A stretch of 64,000 nucleotides of DNA from Eledone cirrhosa (lineage: Eukaryota): assembly GCA_964016885.1 (NCBI GenBank), contig OZ024741.1, forward strand, positions 281,418,001 to 281,482,000. The letters run 5' to 3'. This document shows, piece by piece, positions 30,453 to 43,260 of the stretch. The notes below the pieces were generated by a model, which saw nothing but the letters and a program-made list of their open reading frames with translations, did no database searches and was not told the DNA's origin. The translations under genes were made by a program, and so were the position numbers. Within the stretch, counting starts at the first letter, position 1; each line of letters starts with the position of its first letter.

Positions 30453-31221
30453 ATTTAGAAGAATTCAATAAAATAAGTTTTTCATTAATAAGCTGATATT
30501 TAGAACATTACTTAAAAATTTCTAAAACAAAAGTGATAGAAGCAGTTTTGTACCATAAATCCAGGGCAGTTTCAATTGGATTAATAAAGGGTTAATAAAC
30601 ATATATAAATGTTTAATAAAGTAAAAAGTGATATATGACTCCTTGTGTAAACAGAATTAATGGGCTCAATGTTATCTTCTGTAGATATGATTGATTTGTA
30701 TAATGTAAACTTATAGGATTGTAATAGTCTAATTAACTTTTATTGTCTTGTACTGCATGAAACTGCATTCGTAATAAATTCTATGATGATATATATGTGC
30801 ACATATATATATATATCATCACCATTTTGCATCCATTTTTCCATGCTTGCATGGATTAGATGGGTTGGGAGGTAAGTCTGGCCAGAGTTGGCCATGTCGC
30901 ATCTTGCTACGCTGAAGACTGTAAATGTGACCGTGTATTTTACTTGTACAGCATATGGTGCCTTTTTCGTTGGGAATATGAGAAAAAATATAGCCATCTT
31001 TCAGGCAACAAATAGGCAGACTTGTTAAAGCATAGGACAAAATGCTGTTTTGGCTGTCTGCACTTTCTAAAGTTTTGAACTGAAACTAATCAAAGAAAAA
31101 GAAGGAATGTGGGAATGGAATATGAAGCAATTTTAATATGGGAACAAGATGAGCAACACACTATGCCTTGGGCATATCAAACCTGGCAGAGTTTATCTTT
31201 CTTCAGGTCTGAACAAAACAG

Positions 31222-32365
31222 CTCAGACTGGATCTGATCAGATCAGACTGGGTTGAATTGGACCAGATTTGATTGGATTGGACGAGACGAGACAAGAATG
31301 GATCACATCAGACCAGATCGGATCAGACGAGACTAGATCAGATTGGAGCAGAATCAAAATGGGTCAGATCTGATTGGATTGAGTCAGATTAGACAAGATT
31401 GGGCTGGATTGGATCAGACTGAAGTAAACGGGACTGGATCAAACCAAACCAGATCAGATCAAACTGGATTGGACCACATCGGATCAGATCAACCTGGATC
31501 AGACCACATTGGATCACAACAAATCAGATCAAAATGGATCGGATCACACTGGATCAGTTCAATTCAGACTGAATCAAACCAGATTGGATCAAAATGGGTC
31601 AGATAAGACCAGAATAGGGTTGAATCTGACCAGATCAGGTCATACCAGATCAAACTAGATGAGATTGCTCCAGAACATCTCAAACTGGATGAGATTTGAT
31701 TGGATTGGGTCAGATTTGATCAAATAAGATCAGACTGGGTTGAATTGGACCACATAAGATCACACCAGATCCGATCACATGGATTCAAACTGAATTAGAT
31801 TGAATCAAAATGGGTCAGATCAGACCAGATCGAGTCAGACCAATCTGACTGAGTTGAATTGGACTGGATGAAACCAAACCAGATCAAACCAGATTGGATC
31901 ACACCAGATCAGATTAAACTGGATCTGATCAAAATATGTCAGGTCAGACCAGGTTGAATCCGACCAAATCAGATCACACCAGATCAAACTAGATGAGATT
32001 GCTACAGACCAGCTCAAACTGGATCAAATTGGGTCGGATCTGATAGGATTGGGTCAGACCAGATCAAACTAGAACGCAACAACTCAGATCAAACTATAGG
32101 ATGACACCAGATCTGATCAACCTGAATCGAATTGGATCAGCTCAGACCAGATCAAAATGGGTCAGATTAGACCAGACCGGGTTGAATCAGTCCAGATCAG
32201 ATCACACCAAATCAGGTCAAATTGGATCGAATCACACCAGATCAGATCAGATCAGAGCAGACCATGTTGAATCCGATCAAACTAGATGAGACTGCTCCAG
32301 ACTAGCTCAAACTGAATCAAATTGGGTTGGATCCAATCAGATTGGATCAGAGCAGAGCAGATCTG
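31222..32365. repeat. Degenerate pentanucleotide satellite (GATCA/GATTG/GACCA/ACTGG) with higher-order blocks
   Basis: Clear 5-bp periodicity; blocks such as GATCAAACTAGATGAGATTGCT recur near 31648, 31982 and 32275. Confidence 0.9.
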
Positions 32366-33089
32366 GAAACTGTAACGATGAATCAACTTAATAATGTCAT
32401 TTCTGTATGCTACTGCAATGTCAGGAGTGAAGCCACTTGCTTCCATAACACAAGACATAGTTGGTAGTTTAGGTCCAGCTATAGCTGTCGCCATGATGTT
32501 GTGTGTAATAGTAGCTTTATGCATCTATTTAGGGGTTTTATAGATAGTGTTGGGCTAAATATTGCTATTGATATGAAACATCCTGTGCAAGGAATGTGTT
32601 CAACTAACTGCCAGAAATCAATCCAGCTATAGTTCTGACCACCATATATATATATATACACACATCCATTTACGGACGTGAGAATGTGTACTACAGACTC
32701 ATGTAGAGTTTAAATATTCTTTATTATGGTTAAGTGATGAGTCATGTTACTCTGAAGTTTCACCAGTGTACTCACAGGATCTCCAGTGAAACTCCACAGT
32801 AACAAGACTCATCACTTAACCATAGTAAAGTATATATGCATATATACAACCACCATCATCATCAATTAACGTCTGCTTTCCCTACTAGTAAGGATTGGGC
32901 AGGTCTACCTAAACCAAGTCAGTACTGAAGTGGGGCTACCTCCTATACAGGCTGAGGGGTCATACTTTCTATCAAGTGCAGAGGAGAAGTTGTCATGTCT
33001 TTTTAACAAACTGAAGGGTCCTCTCAACCTCTGTTTGGCAAGCTTTCTACCTATATATATATATATAAATGAAGTAATTCCGTCGGAAT

Positions 33090-33892
33090 ATATATTTTTA
33101 TTGTTTGACCCGAATTACTTGGTCGTTTTGATTTTGGCTGTGCGGATGATATGTTTAACCATCATCTCAGTGTGTTTGGCCCTTAACGTATGTTGTAGCT
33201 CTGATTCATATGATTCATCGAGCGCTTGCCACACATATCGGACGTTGATTTTCGTTAATTCCTGAGCTAAAAACGATTCTCGCTAATTTATATTTGTATT
33301 AATCTCCAGAGTCTAGCTATTGAGCAGTTAATTTTATTGATTTTTTTCAGTTACATATATTGACTGTTGAATGGCTCTGTTATATTTAACCATTCTGTTG
33401 AGAGCTTTAATTCGATTTGTGATATTTTGCATTCTCGCAATAATACACAACTGAATCATTCGCCTAATAGAGGTGTTACCTCCCTTGCTGAATCCCACGA
33501 GGGGTCAGTAATAGCTACACTATCTATAGCATATTGGAGCAAAACCCGTTGAAAACACGACTGCCTTGTTCATCATCTCACCAGAAGCCCAACATTCTTT
33601 ATGTAGGCAGACAGTACCTGATTTGGAGTCGCAGAAACCAATACTGGATTTTACCATCAGTCCAGGGTCCGGGAAAGTATCAACACATATATTTTTATTG
33701 TTTGACCCGAATTACTTGGTCGTTTTGATTTTGGCTGTGCGGATGATATGTTTAACCATCATCTCAGTGTGTTTGGCCCTTAACGTATGTTGTAGCTCTG
33801 ATTCATATGATTCATCGAGCGCTTGCCACACATATTGGACGTTGATTTTCGTTAATTCCTGAGCTGAAAACGATTCTCGCTAATTTATATTT
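33090..33892. repeat. Element with 206-bp direct terminal repeats
   Basis: 33090-33295 and 33687-33892 differ at two positions seen; flanked by (TA)n. Confidence 0.9.
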
Positions 33893-33951
33893 ATATATAT
33901 ATATATATATATACAAAATGTTATATAGACGAAAGCAGTGATGATAATGAC

Positions 33952-34020
<69 letters not shown>

Positions 34021-34314
34021 AGAGTCAGGACCCTAATGGCTGAGCTCTTGCTGTTTCAACAGCTAGTCTATATATATATATATAAATATATATATAATAA
34101 ATGTAATCTGAGTTTTTCGAATATTAATAATAACATTCGATTCGTTTGCAATTATGCAAACAAGCCTCAATTTTATAGCCATGTCAGTAGAATGAACCCT
34201 CAGTAGACTGAACCCTTCATTCTACCTTAACAGTTCAAGTTCCAAACAGAACCTGAACTGTTAAGGTCTGATTCCTGGGTATGTCACTATTTATAAAACA
34301 AATTTTGTATTTTG

Positions 34315-34375
34315 TATTTTATCTGATGAGAGCGTACCAAAGTTTTGGTACCCTTGAAATATATATAATAGAATA
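34315..34375 (+). ncRNA. Type I minimal hammerhead ribozyme motif
   Basis: Stem I TATTTTAT/ATAGAATA, CTGATGA (34323), stem II GAGcGTACCAA/TTGGTACcCTT, GAAA (34356), palindromic stem III ATATATAT, cleavage after 34367. Confidence 0.75.
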
Positions 34376-34411
34376 AATATGGTTTTATAAATATAGTTTC
34401 CATTTATTAAT

Positions 34412-34508
<97 letters not shown>

Positions 34509-35925
34509 GTGGAGAGAGATAGGCTCCACAACCTATTAGGCTGCGAAAAGACCCTTCAGTTCATTTCACCTGTGCCCTCACTCACAATAAGGCTTTCTTC
34601 ATTTTCATGCAGAAAATACTACTCTATTTTTAAACCTACAAGATAAGCCTGACAGGAAGTAACACAATTTATTGCTAGGAATGTAGACCAAGCAAATCAA
34701 AAGGTCCTGGTTTCTTTTTGAGTGGGTTAAGGGGCCATGAAGGGAAAGTTGATTATATCAATCCCATTATATGACTGGTACAGTATTTTACCAAACCTGA
34801 AAGGTTGAAGGGCAAAGTTGACCCTGGAAAGAAGCCAAAGTTTATAATAAAAAGAACATTTGAAAACATCTCAGAAGTTAAGTGATACACATAAGAATAT
34901 GTGGTAAAAGATGATGTTCAAACCTTATTCTATCACTTGTATTCCACCCACAATGATGTGTACATGCAACATGCAAACAGAATTAACAAAGTACAATGTA
35001 GAAATATATTAGTTTTACACTTGATATAGTAGGAAAAGAGTCTTAACATTTCTGATGCAACTCCATCAGAAAATGGAATGAGAAATTAAAGAAATAGAAA
35101 GATAGAGAAGAGTGAGCAGTGGTATATAAAATAAAAGTAACAAAGAGCGCTGGTATAAATTCAGTGTCCTCTGGCCAGCGTCTAGCTCACTCAATGAATC
35201 TGGCGAATTGCAGTAATGCAGCTGCAATCAACTGTTCAGAGTGCACACATTTAGTTAAACTGCTAAAATACAGGACATAAACACAGACACACACACACAC
35301 ATATACATGACTGACTTCTGCAGTTTCCATCTGCCAAATTCCACTCACCAGACATTGGTTAACCCAAGGCTATAGTAGAAGACACTTGCCCAAAGTGCCA
35401 CATAACGGGACTGAACCCAGAATCAATTGATTGCGAAGCTGACTCCTTAACCCCTCAGCCATGTCTATCTACAGTCCCAATCCCTTGTTTATTATATTTA
35501 AATGAACTGTTACACTATGTGTATCTCAGTTTTTAGAATAGGTGTACTCTATCCCATTATAAAAGATGATAGGAGATAGAGCTGCTATTTCTAGCAGGTT
35601 ATGGGACTGCTATAGAGGCTACCCTGTAGTTTCATATTTGAGCTATTGGAGCAAATATTGCTTATCTCAGTTTTTAGAATAGGTACACTATATCCCAACA
35701 TATTATAAAAGGTGACTAAAAGGGTTGACATCAGGGAGGGCATCCAACAGTAAAGCACGGCTTTAAACGGCCCTGTCCAACTGAAGCTAGCAAGGAAAAA
35801 TTGGAGGTAAAATGATGAATGACATCACTGATGATGATGTGTACAAATTAATGTTTTTCTAGGTTTCTGTACAGTTTTGAAATTTAAATATTTACATATA
35901 TTGTTGTTAAAACCAGGGCGACTCT

Positions 35926-37550
35926 AACCAAACAGATCTCTGATTAAAAGTATTCCAACTATGGCCATAATATACCATAAGCTACGTTATCCATGTTCTT
36001 TTTTTAAAGATGGTTTTTGTGAGTTGGAGAACTCATAGCTGCTATTTCTAGCTGTTTATGAGATTGCCAAAGAGGCTCTCTTATAGCTCCATAATTGCAT
36101 AAGTTATTGGAACAAGTATTGCTATCTTCAACTGTGTAGACCGAGACATACTACTTTGTCACTAAACCACCTGTACCAACTTTAAACTCAATACCAATAG
36201 ATCAATATTCTAGTCATTTTATTAACCCTATTGATATCAAACCACCCAGAACCACACCAGAGTTTCATTCATTCATTTCATTTTGCATCTGCTTTTTCCC
36301 TGCTTGCAAGGGTGGGACAGGAACTGATTTTGGCTTGATTTCTACAGCTGGATGCCCTTCCTAACACCAACCTCATTTACAGTGAGTGCTGGGTGTTTTT
36401 TTTGCTGTGGCACCTCCACGACCACTTTGCAGTGGAATGATATGGACCCCAGTCCCTATCATCTCATTTCTACAGCTGAGTAAACTGGAGCAATGTGAAA
36501 TAAAGTGTCTTGCTCAAGGAAACAACACATCACCCGGTCTGAGAATTGAACTCACAACCTTTCGATTGCAAGGCCAATGCTCTAACCACTAAACCATGTG
36601 CCTTTACAACATAAAACTGTGTTAACCCTTTAGATACCAACCTCCCCAAAACTGTCTCTGGTTCTGAGATAAAACAACAACACTCATTTTAAAGGGTTCC
36701 TACTTAAATTAAAAACCTTCTAACATCATTTTATATAAGAACATTTGTTTATATTACAAATATCTTAATTAAATTATCCATCCTCATCATGATTTTAGTA
36801 AATCCTTTCTAAATTCTCCATTAATAACTTAAAATATAAAATATTTCATTAGAAATACAGCATTGAAAGGGTTCAAATGTTTATATTTATCTAAAACACC
36901 TATCATAATATCTGGAGAATATATATCTTGTCCTGTTTTCTTATTCTGTATTTATCATTACATGTATAGCTTCTACGTAAAAAGGTTCAACAACAGAAAC
37001 TAAATGCAGTAAATAAATATATACATATACACCAGGTCCGAACAAAAAGGAACCAAACTCCCACTATCACTGCCTTCGTCTCTCTAGCCCTCCCCATCTC
37101 TCACTATTATGAGCAAAAGGGTACTCATGCTCTGGCTGACCTGTAGCCCTGGCAGACAGAATAGAGAAGGTTTTTCCCCAGAAGATGGTGAGGGAAACAC
37201 ACTGGAAGAGCCATTCCAGCTTGTGAGGAATTGTATATAAGATCCATTGTTAAGTTATATTCCAAACACTAATTTAATCTTCTGGATTATGTCGCCAATA
37301 GAGTAATCTCTCCTTAATACATAATGCAGTGTCAAAAGAAGCAATTCATAAAAATGTCTAGTGTGCTAAAGATTAAAAATGAGGAAATTATGTTATTAAA
37401 TTACTCCAAACTCTTGATTATTTTCAAAATGATTTGAAGGAAGCAGTGACTTTCGTTACAAAAATGTTAATGTGTTCCTGATATTGATCTCATTACTTCC
37501 TTTGGATTAACCTAGCTGAAAACTGACAGATCTTTCTCTTTACAGTTAAT
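35926..37550. repeat. Left copy of an inverted segmental duplication (partner 62490-63572)
   Basis: Collinear reverse-complement match across several unrelated repeat fragments. Confidence 0.88.
36263..36603 (-). mobile_element. SINE family 1 copy
   Basis: Reverse complement of 18674-19018; absent from the paralogous site near 63256. Confidence 0.9.
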
Positions 37551-38300
37551 AAAGAAAAAAAACTATCATAATTCTATGTAAGAACCTTTTTACTTTATAT
37601 TCCAAACACTAGCTTAATAATTGTTTCTACTTCTGGCACAAGGCCAGCAATTATCCCAGTGAATTACTGGTACTTTATTTTATCGACCCTGTAAGGTTGA
37701 AAGGCAAAGTTAACCTCGGTGGGATTTGAACGCAGACCATAAAAGGCCGTAACTCTGAGGAAATAATATTAATAAATGCCACAAAAATCTTTATTTTCAA
37801 AATGATATGAAATTCACAGTCAGATTAATAAATATAGATCTTTTCATTGACCTTGTTTCCTACTATGATTTCTAAAGAAAGTTTTACTAGAGCTGCTTTT
37901 CCTGTTTTAACCGTTTAGCATTTACATTACTCCATATTTACTATTATATTTTCATGGTAAAGGCTTTATCTCCCATAATATCGAATCTATGAGATTTTGA
38001 TGATGTTATTGATTTTGAGAACAATACCTTAACATCAGTATGAGCAGCTGGTTACAGTCGGTTTGAACAGAAAGAGGTTAATCCAAAGGAAGTAATTTTG
38101 GCTGGATATGGCCAGTTTGAATGTTAAGGTAGAAGAGATAAATAGATAAATAAAAACATTAAAATGAAGTGTGTTTTGGTAATAAATTGAATTTACTTGA
38201 AAATATACGAGGAAGACATGGCAATACGATTTAGTAGTGGTGTGAAGATAATATTGATTAGAAAGTTTCTTCCCATCCAGATCAGCATGATGGCTATGAG

Positions 38301-38331
<31 letters not shown>

Positions 38332-38344
38332 ATTTGTGTATATA

Positions 38345-38510
38345 TAGAAGGAAGACACAGTAGAGGAAGACCACGAAAAACATGGGCGGAGGTGGTGAGA
38401 GCAGACCTCAGATCGCTGAAACTCGCGGAGGAGATGACAAAGGACTGTGACAAGTGGAGAGATGCTGTGCTGAATAGGACCTGTCCCATCCTTGCAAGCA
38501 TCATGATGAT
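38345..38510 (+). mobile_element. Short 3' end of RTE family B
   Basis: EGRHSRGRPRKTWAEVVRADLRSLKL...CPILAS, homologous to 41840-41995. Confidence 0.85.
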
Positions 38511-38527
38511 ATATATATATATATATT

Positions 38528-38883
38528 ATCATCATCATTTTACGTCCGCTTTTCCCTGCTTGCAAGGGTGGGACGGGAGCTAATTCTGGCTTGATTTCTA
38601 CAGCTGGATGCCCTTCCTAACACCAACCTCATTTACAGTGAGTGGTGGGTGCTTTTTTGCAGTGGCACTTCCACGACCACTTTGCAGTGGAATGATAGGG
38701 ACCCCAGTACCTATCATCTCATTTCTACAGCTGAGTAAACTAGAGCAATGTGAAATAAAGTGACTTGCTCAAGGAAACAACATCACCCGGTCTGAGAATT
38801 GAACTCACAACCTTTCGATTGCAAGGCCAATGCTCACAACCTTTCGATTGCAAGGCCAATGCTCTAACAACTAAGCCATGTGC

Positions 38884-38885
<2 letters not shown>
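38528..38885 (-). mobile_element. SINE family 1 copy with a tandem duplication of about 29 bp in the tRNA head
   Basis: CACAACCTTTCGATTGCAAGGCCAATGCT occurs twice in tandem at about 38806-38864. Confidence 0.9.
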
Positions 38886-38930
<45 letters not shown>

Positions 38931-38994
38931 GGTGTTTATATATATACACATGCACATATATATATATATCAAATATATAAGAACCGTAGAGCAA

Positions 38995-40850
38995 ATATTT
39001 ATTAAAATAACACATTAAAGTTTAAGCAAAGAATCGCTGCTTTCACCCTTAACAGGATCTTCTGAAACTAACAAAGTCAATCTGTAAACGCAGAAGTGGA
39101 TATTTGAAAAAACGTTGCAACCGGAAGAAGACAGGAAGACGATACTTTGGTTCGTGGAAACGTTCCCTGGCAAAGAACGGATAAAAACGAATATAATACG
39201 TCATTAATAGGAGCGGTGAAAAACAATTACGCGCAAAGACAGAACCACGTTTATGGTATAAAAGAGGTCGTAGACTAATGTTCTCCTAGGTGGTTCATAG
39301 AGACGTTCTCTGGCAATGAACGAAACACATAACATCACAGCTTCAAATTTAGCTAAACTACCTAGCCGTAGGAACACGTGCAACCCTGTAGTTAGTACTA
39401 ACTGTAATTGTAGGAATCGGGTTGATTGCCCCCTATCCGGGAAATGCCTCTCTAGTAACATTGTCTACAAATGAAAGGTTGAAACACCCACGTCCCGTAG
39501 GGCCTACATAGGGTTAACCGCCAATAGATTCAAGCAGCGTCTTTACATGCATACCCATTCTTTTTGTTACCCTCTAAGAAGGAATATGACGTCACTTTCA
39601 GCTTATATCTGGAGTCTAAAAGACAACCATACCCAATATGTTACACTGGGAGATCCTAGCTAGGGCTAGATCGTATTACGGAAATAAAAGACCATGTGAC
39701 CTCTGCGCCGCTGAGTCCCTGGAAATACTCTACACCACAGACCACATCTTAAACAAAAAATCTGAGGCAATTTCGGCTTGTAAACATAAATTGCACAAAA
39801 CTTTCCTGTATTACAGCCCCACGTTATACCCTAACAGATAGTATGATCTATACATGGATATTTTACGTCTTGATGTGGTAGCTAAGTATATGTTTTGTTT
39901 ATACCTTTACTTATTTGCAGAGGTAAGTTTATATAACCTGTAGGTTTTGTGAAGGTACGTATACTTTCTCGTACGTATATTTGATTGTATATGTTATGGC
40001 GTATAATTTTATATTTCTGGTACATATGGTTTGGTTTTGTGTATACGGGTGTCTTGTGTGTGTGAGTATGCAGGTTCGTACGTATGTTGGGTGTGTGTAT
40101 ATGTGTACTTCATGTTTTGGTTGACTTACGTCTCTGAACATTTGTGTATTTACATGTAGGTATGTGTGTGCGCTTGTTATATACGTATTTATTTATTTAT
40201 ATACGTTTATTTAATTATTTATTTATTTGTATACACGCACACACACACACACATTTATATGTGCGTGGTTTTGTATACCTATGGTAAGTGTTTTCGCGTA
40301 TGCTTGTGTATGTACGTATTTGTATGCGTGTATGTATTTATTTAATTTCTATTACCTCTGTATTGTATTTATTTACTTTATTCTTAATTCTGAAGTGGAG
40401 ATTCATTCAGTTTCCTAGTTAGAATTTTAGTCTACGACTTCTGCTATACTATTTATGTGGTTTTGTCTTTGCGTGCAATTGTTCTCTACGCTCCACATAT
40501 GACGTATTATCTTCGTTTTTTTTGTTCATTGCCAGAGAACGTCTCTATGAACCACCTAGGAGAACATTAGTCTACGACCTCTTTTATACCATAAACGTGG
40601 TTTCGTCTTTGCGCTTAATTGTTTTTCACCGCTCCTATTAATGATGTATTATATTCGTTTTTTCCCTTTCTTTGCCAGGGAACGTTTCCATGAACCAAAG
40701 TATCGTCTTCCTGTCTTCCTCCGGTTGCAACATTTTTTGAAATATCCACTTCTGCGTTTACAGATTGACTTTGTTAGTTTCAGAAGATCCCTTTAAGGGT
40801 GAAAGCAGCGATTCTTTGCTTAAACTTTAATGTGTTATTTTAATAAATAT
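38995..40850 (+). mobile_element. Penelope-like element remnant: GIY-YIG endonuclease 3' part flanked by inverted repeats of about 330 bp
   Basis: CNCRNRVDCPLSGKCLSSNIVYK...AYIGLTANRFKQR...H...SLSAYIWSLK...WEIL...CDLC..E...LNKKSE...CKH (about 39400-39800, disrupted); 38995-39325 is the reverse complement of 40520-40850. Confidence 0.85.
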
Positions 40851-40939
40851 ATATATATATATATCCAAAATTATATATATATATATATATATCCAAAATT
40901 AAGTCATGTTTATTTATATGTTAATCAATCTCTAGTTAT

Positions 40940-40964
<25 letters not shown>

Positions 40965-40974
<10 letters not shown>

Positions 40975-42020
40975 CATTATAGTCCTCCAAGCCATAACAG
41001 AGGAGTTTAAGACTCGCTGTCCATGGGAACTTCTCTATGCTGACGATCTGGTATTTATAGCAGAATCAGTAGAGGAGCTAGAGAATAAATTCTGACTATG
41101 GAAACAGCAGTTGGAAGCAAGAGGACTGAGAGTGAACCTAGCTAAGACAAAAGTGTTGATGAGTAGAAAAGAGGACAAAACTCTGATTCCCTCAGAGAAA
41201 TGGCCATGTTCGATATGCAGAAAAGGAACTGGCATAAATTCTATAAAATGCACAAAATGCAGATCCTGAGTACACAAGAGATGTAGTGGGACAGAAGGCA
41301 AACTAACAGGTAGGGAGAAATACGTATGCACTAGATGTACAGGGAAATTAGACAGTAGAAGTCGCATTGATAGACACATTTTTCAAATGCAGGCGGGTGC
41401 TATAAAAGTGGCGGATAGCTTCCGGCACCTAGAAGATCAGATTAGCATGGGAGGGGGGTGTTCCGAGGCCATAGTATCTAGAATAAGGACGGGTTGGAAG
41501 AAGTTTAGGGAGCTGCTTCCTCTGCTGACGAAGAAGGGTTTCTCCCTGCGTATGAAAGGCCGGTTATATGATGCCTGTGTGAGGAGCGCGATGCTGCATG
41601 GTAGTGAGACATGGGCAGCAACTGCAGAAGATATGCAACAGCTGGAGAGAAATGAGGCAAGCATGCTCCGTTGGATGTGCAATGTCAATGTGCATGAACA
41701 ACCCAGCATGAATGTGATGAGAGAGAAACTGTGTCTGAGAGGGATAGAATGTAGTGTGTGGGAGAGGAGACTGCGGTGGTATGGACATGTGATGCGCAGG
41801 GAGGATAACCGATGGGTGAAGAGGTGCCAGGAATTGCCAGTTGAAGGAAGATGTGGTAGAGGTAGACCACAAAAAACATGGATGGAGGTGGTAAGAACAG
41901 ACCTCAGATCGCTGAAGCTCACGGTGGAGACGACAAAGGGCCGTGACAAGTTGAGAGATGCTGTGCTGAATAAGACCCATCCCACCCTTGCAAGCAGGGA
42001 AAAGCGGACGTAAAATGATG
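40965..42020 (+). mobile_element. 5'-truncated RTE LINE (family B); the ORF runs to the terminus
   Basis: CPWELLYADD, PHD cysteines, RLRWYGHV, GRPQKTW; ends HPTLASREKRT-stop followed by ATGATGAT. Confidence 0.92.
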
Positions 42021-42046
42021 ATATATATATATACATATACACATGC

Positions 42047-42077
<31 letters not shown>

Positions 42078-42452
42078 GTAAAATCTCGACCATGGTGTCA
42101 AGCAGTTTTGGCTTGTTCAGCAAGCCTTTTCAAGGATGTACTAATATTTGTAGGGTGTGAGAAAATAGGTCCCTAGCCTTAGTACTTTGGTTGAATCTAT
42201 CATACTAGTAAACTGGTCTGATGGAGAAAGTTGGAGGCCAAAGAATGGTAAGTGTATCTGGACAGGCAAATATTACTACACACTTGAAAAGGCTTGTTGA
42301 ACACACAAGTTGAAACCGTTGCAGTTGGCATTTTAGATATCTCTATACCCACTCTGCATCTCCCGATGCATTGAGTACTCCCATGATTAGTAGTCTTCCC
42401 AGTTTCAACACTGCAGACTCTCTCTGTCTGTCTGTCTCTCTCTCACTCTCTC

Positions 42453-42484
<32 letters not shown>

Positions 42485-42894
42485 TACATATATATCGTTG
42501 ACAAATATATCAATATGCCCAGACATGTAGATATATTGCCCTTGGTATGACAGTGTGGTTTTAGCTCAATGTAGGATAACTAGTATACTACAGAGCCATT
42601 ATAGTTATAGGAATAACCAAAGAGTGCTTAGAAATGCATTGTTTTATTAGCTAACAGTGTTTCATCCATATACCATAGCAGGAATCATCAAGCCTATAAA
42701 TAAGAGTATATCAGTAGTTGCATGCTCCATCAAGCTGCGTCACCAGAACAAGGTTAAAGGATCAGCAGGAGGGTCCCGAGGCCAGCGCTATATGGAAAAA
42801 GACAGAATACATGACGCACGTAATGTCATAAAATGTCTTAAAAATTAAAAAATTAAAAATTACATAAAAAATTTATCACTTAGATGGTGCAATA

Positions 42895-43025
42895 GATGAT
42901 AAAGAGGTTGGGAGAGGGTAGCAAGGGATGATAAAGAGGCTGGGAGAGGGTAGCAAGGGATGATAAAGAGGTTGGGAGAGGGTAGCAAGGGATGATAAAG
43001 AGGTTGGGAGAGGGTAGCAAGGGAT
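42895..43025. repeat. 32-bp tandem repeat, 4 copies
   Basis: GATGATAAAGAGGTTGGGAGAGGGTAGCAAGG. Confidence 0.92.
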
Positions 43026-43229
43026 ATATATATATACATACATATACATACACACACATATATATACATACATATACACCCATATATATAGATACACACA
43101 CACATATATATATACATACATATACACACACATATATATATACATACACACACACACACATATATACATACATATACATACACATATATATATATATACA
43201 TACATATACATACACATACATATATACAT

Positions 43230-43260
<31 letters not shown>

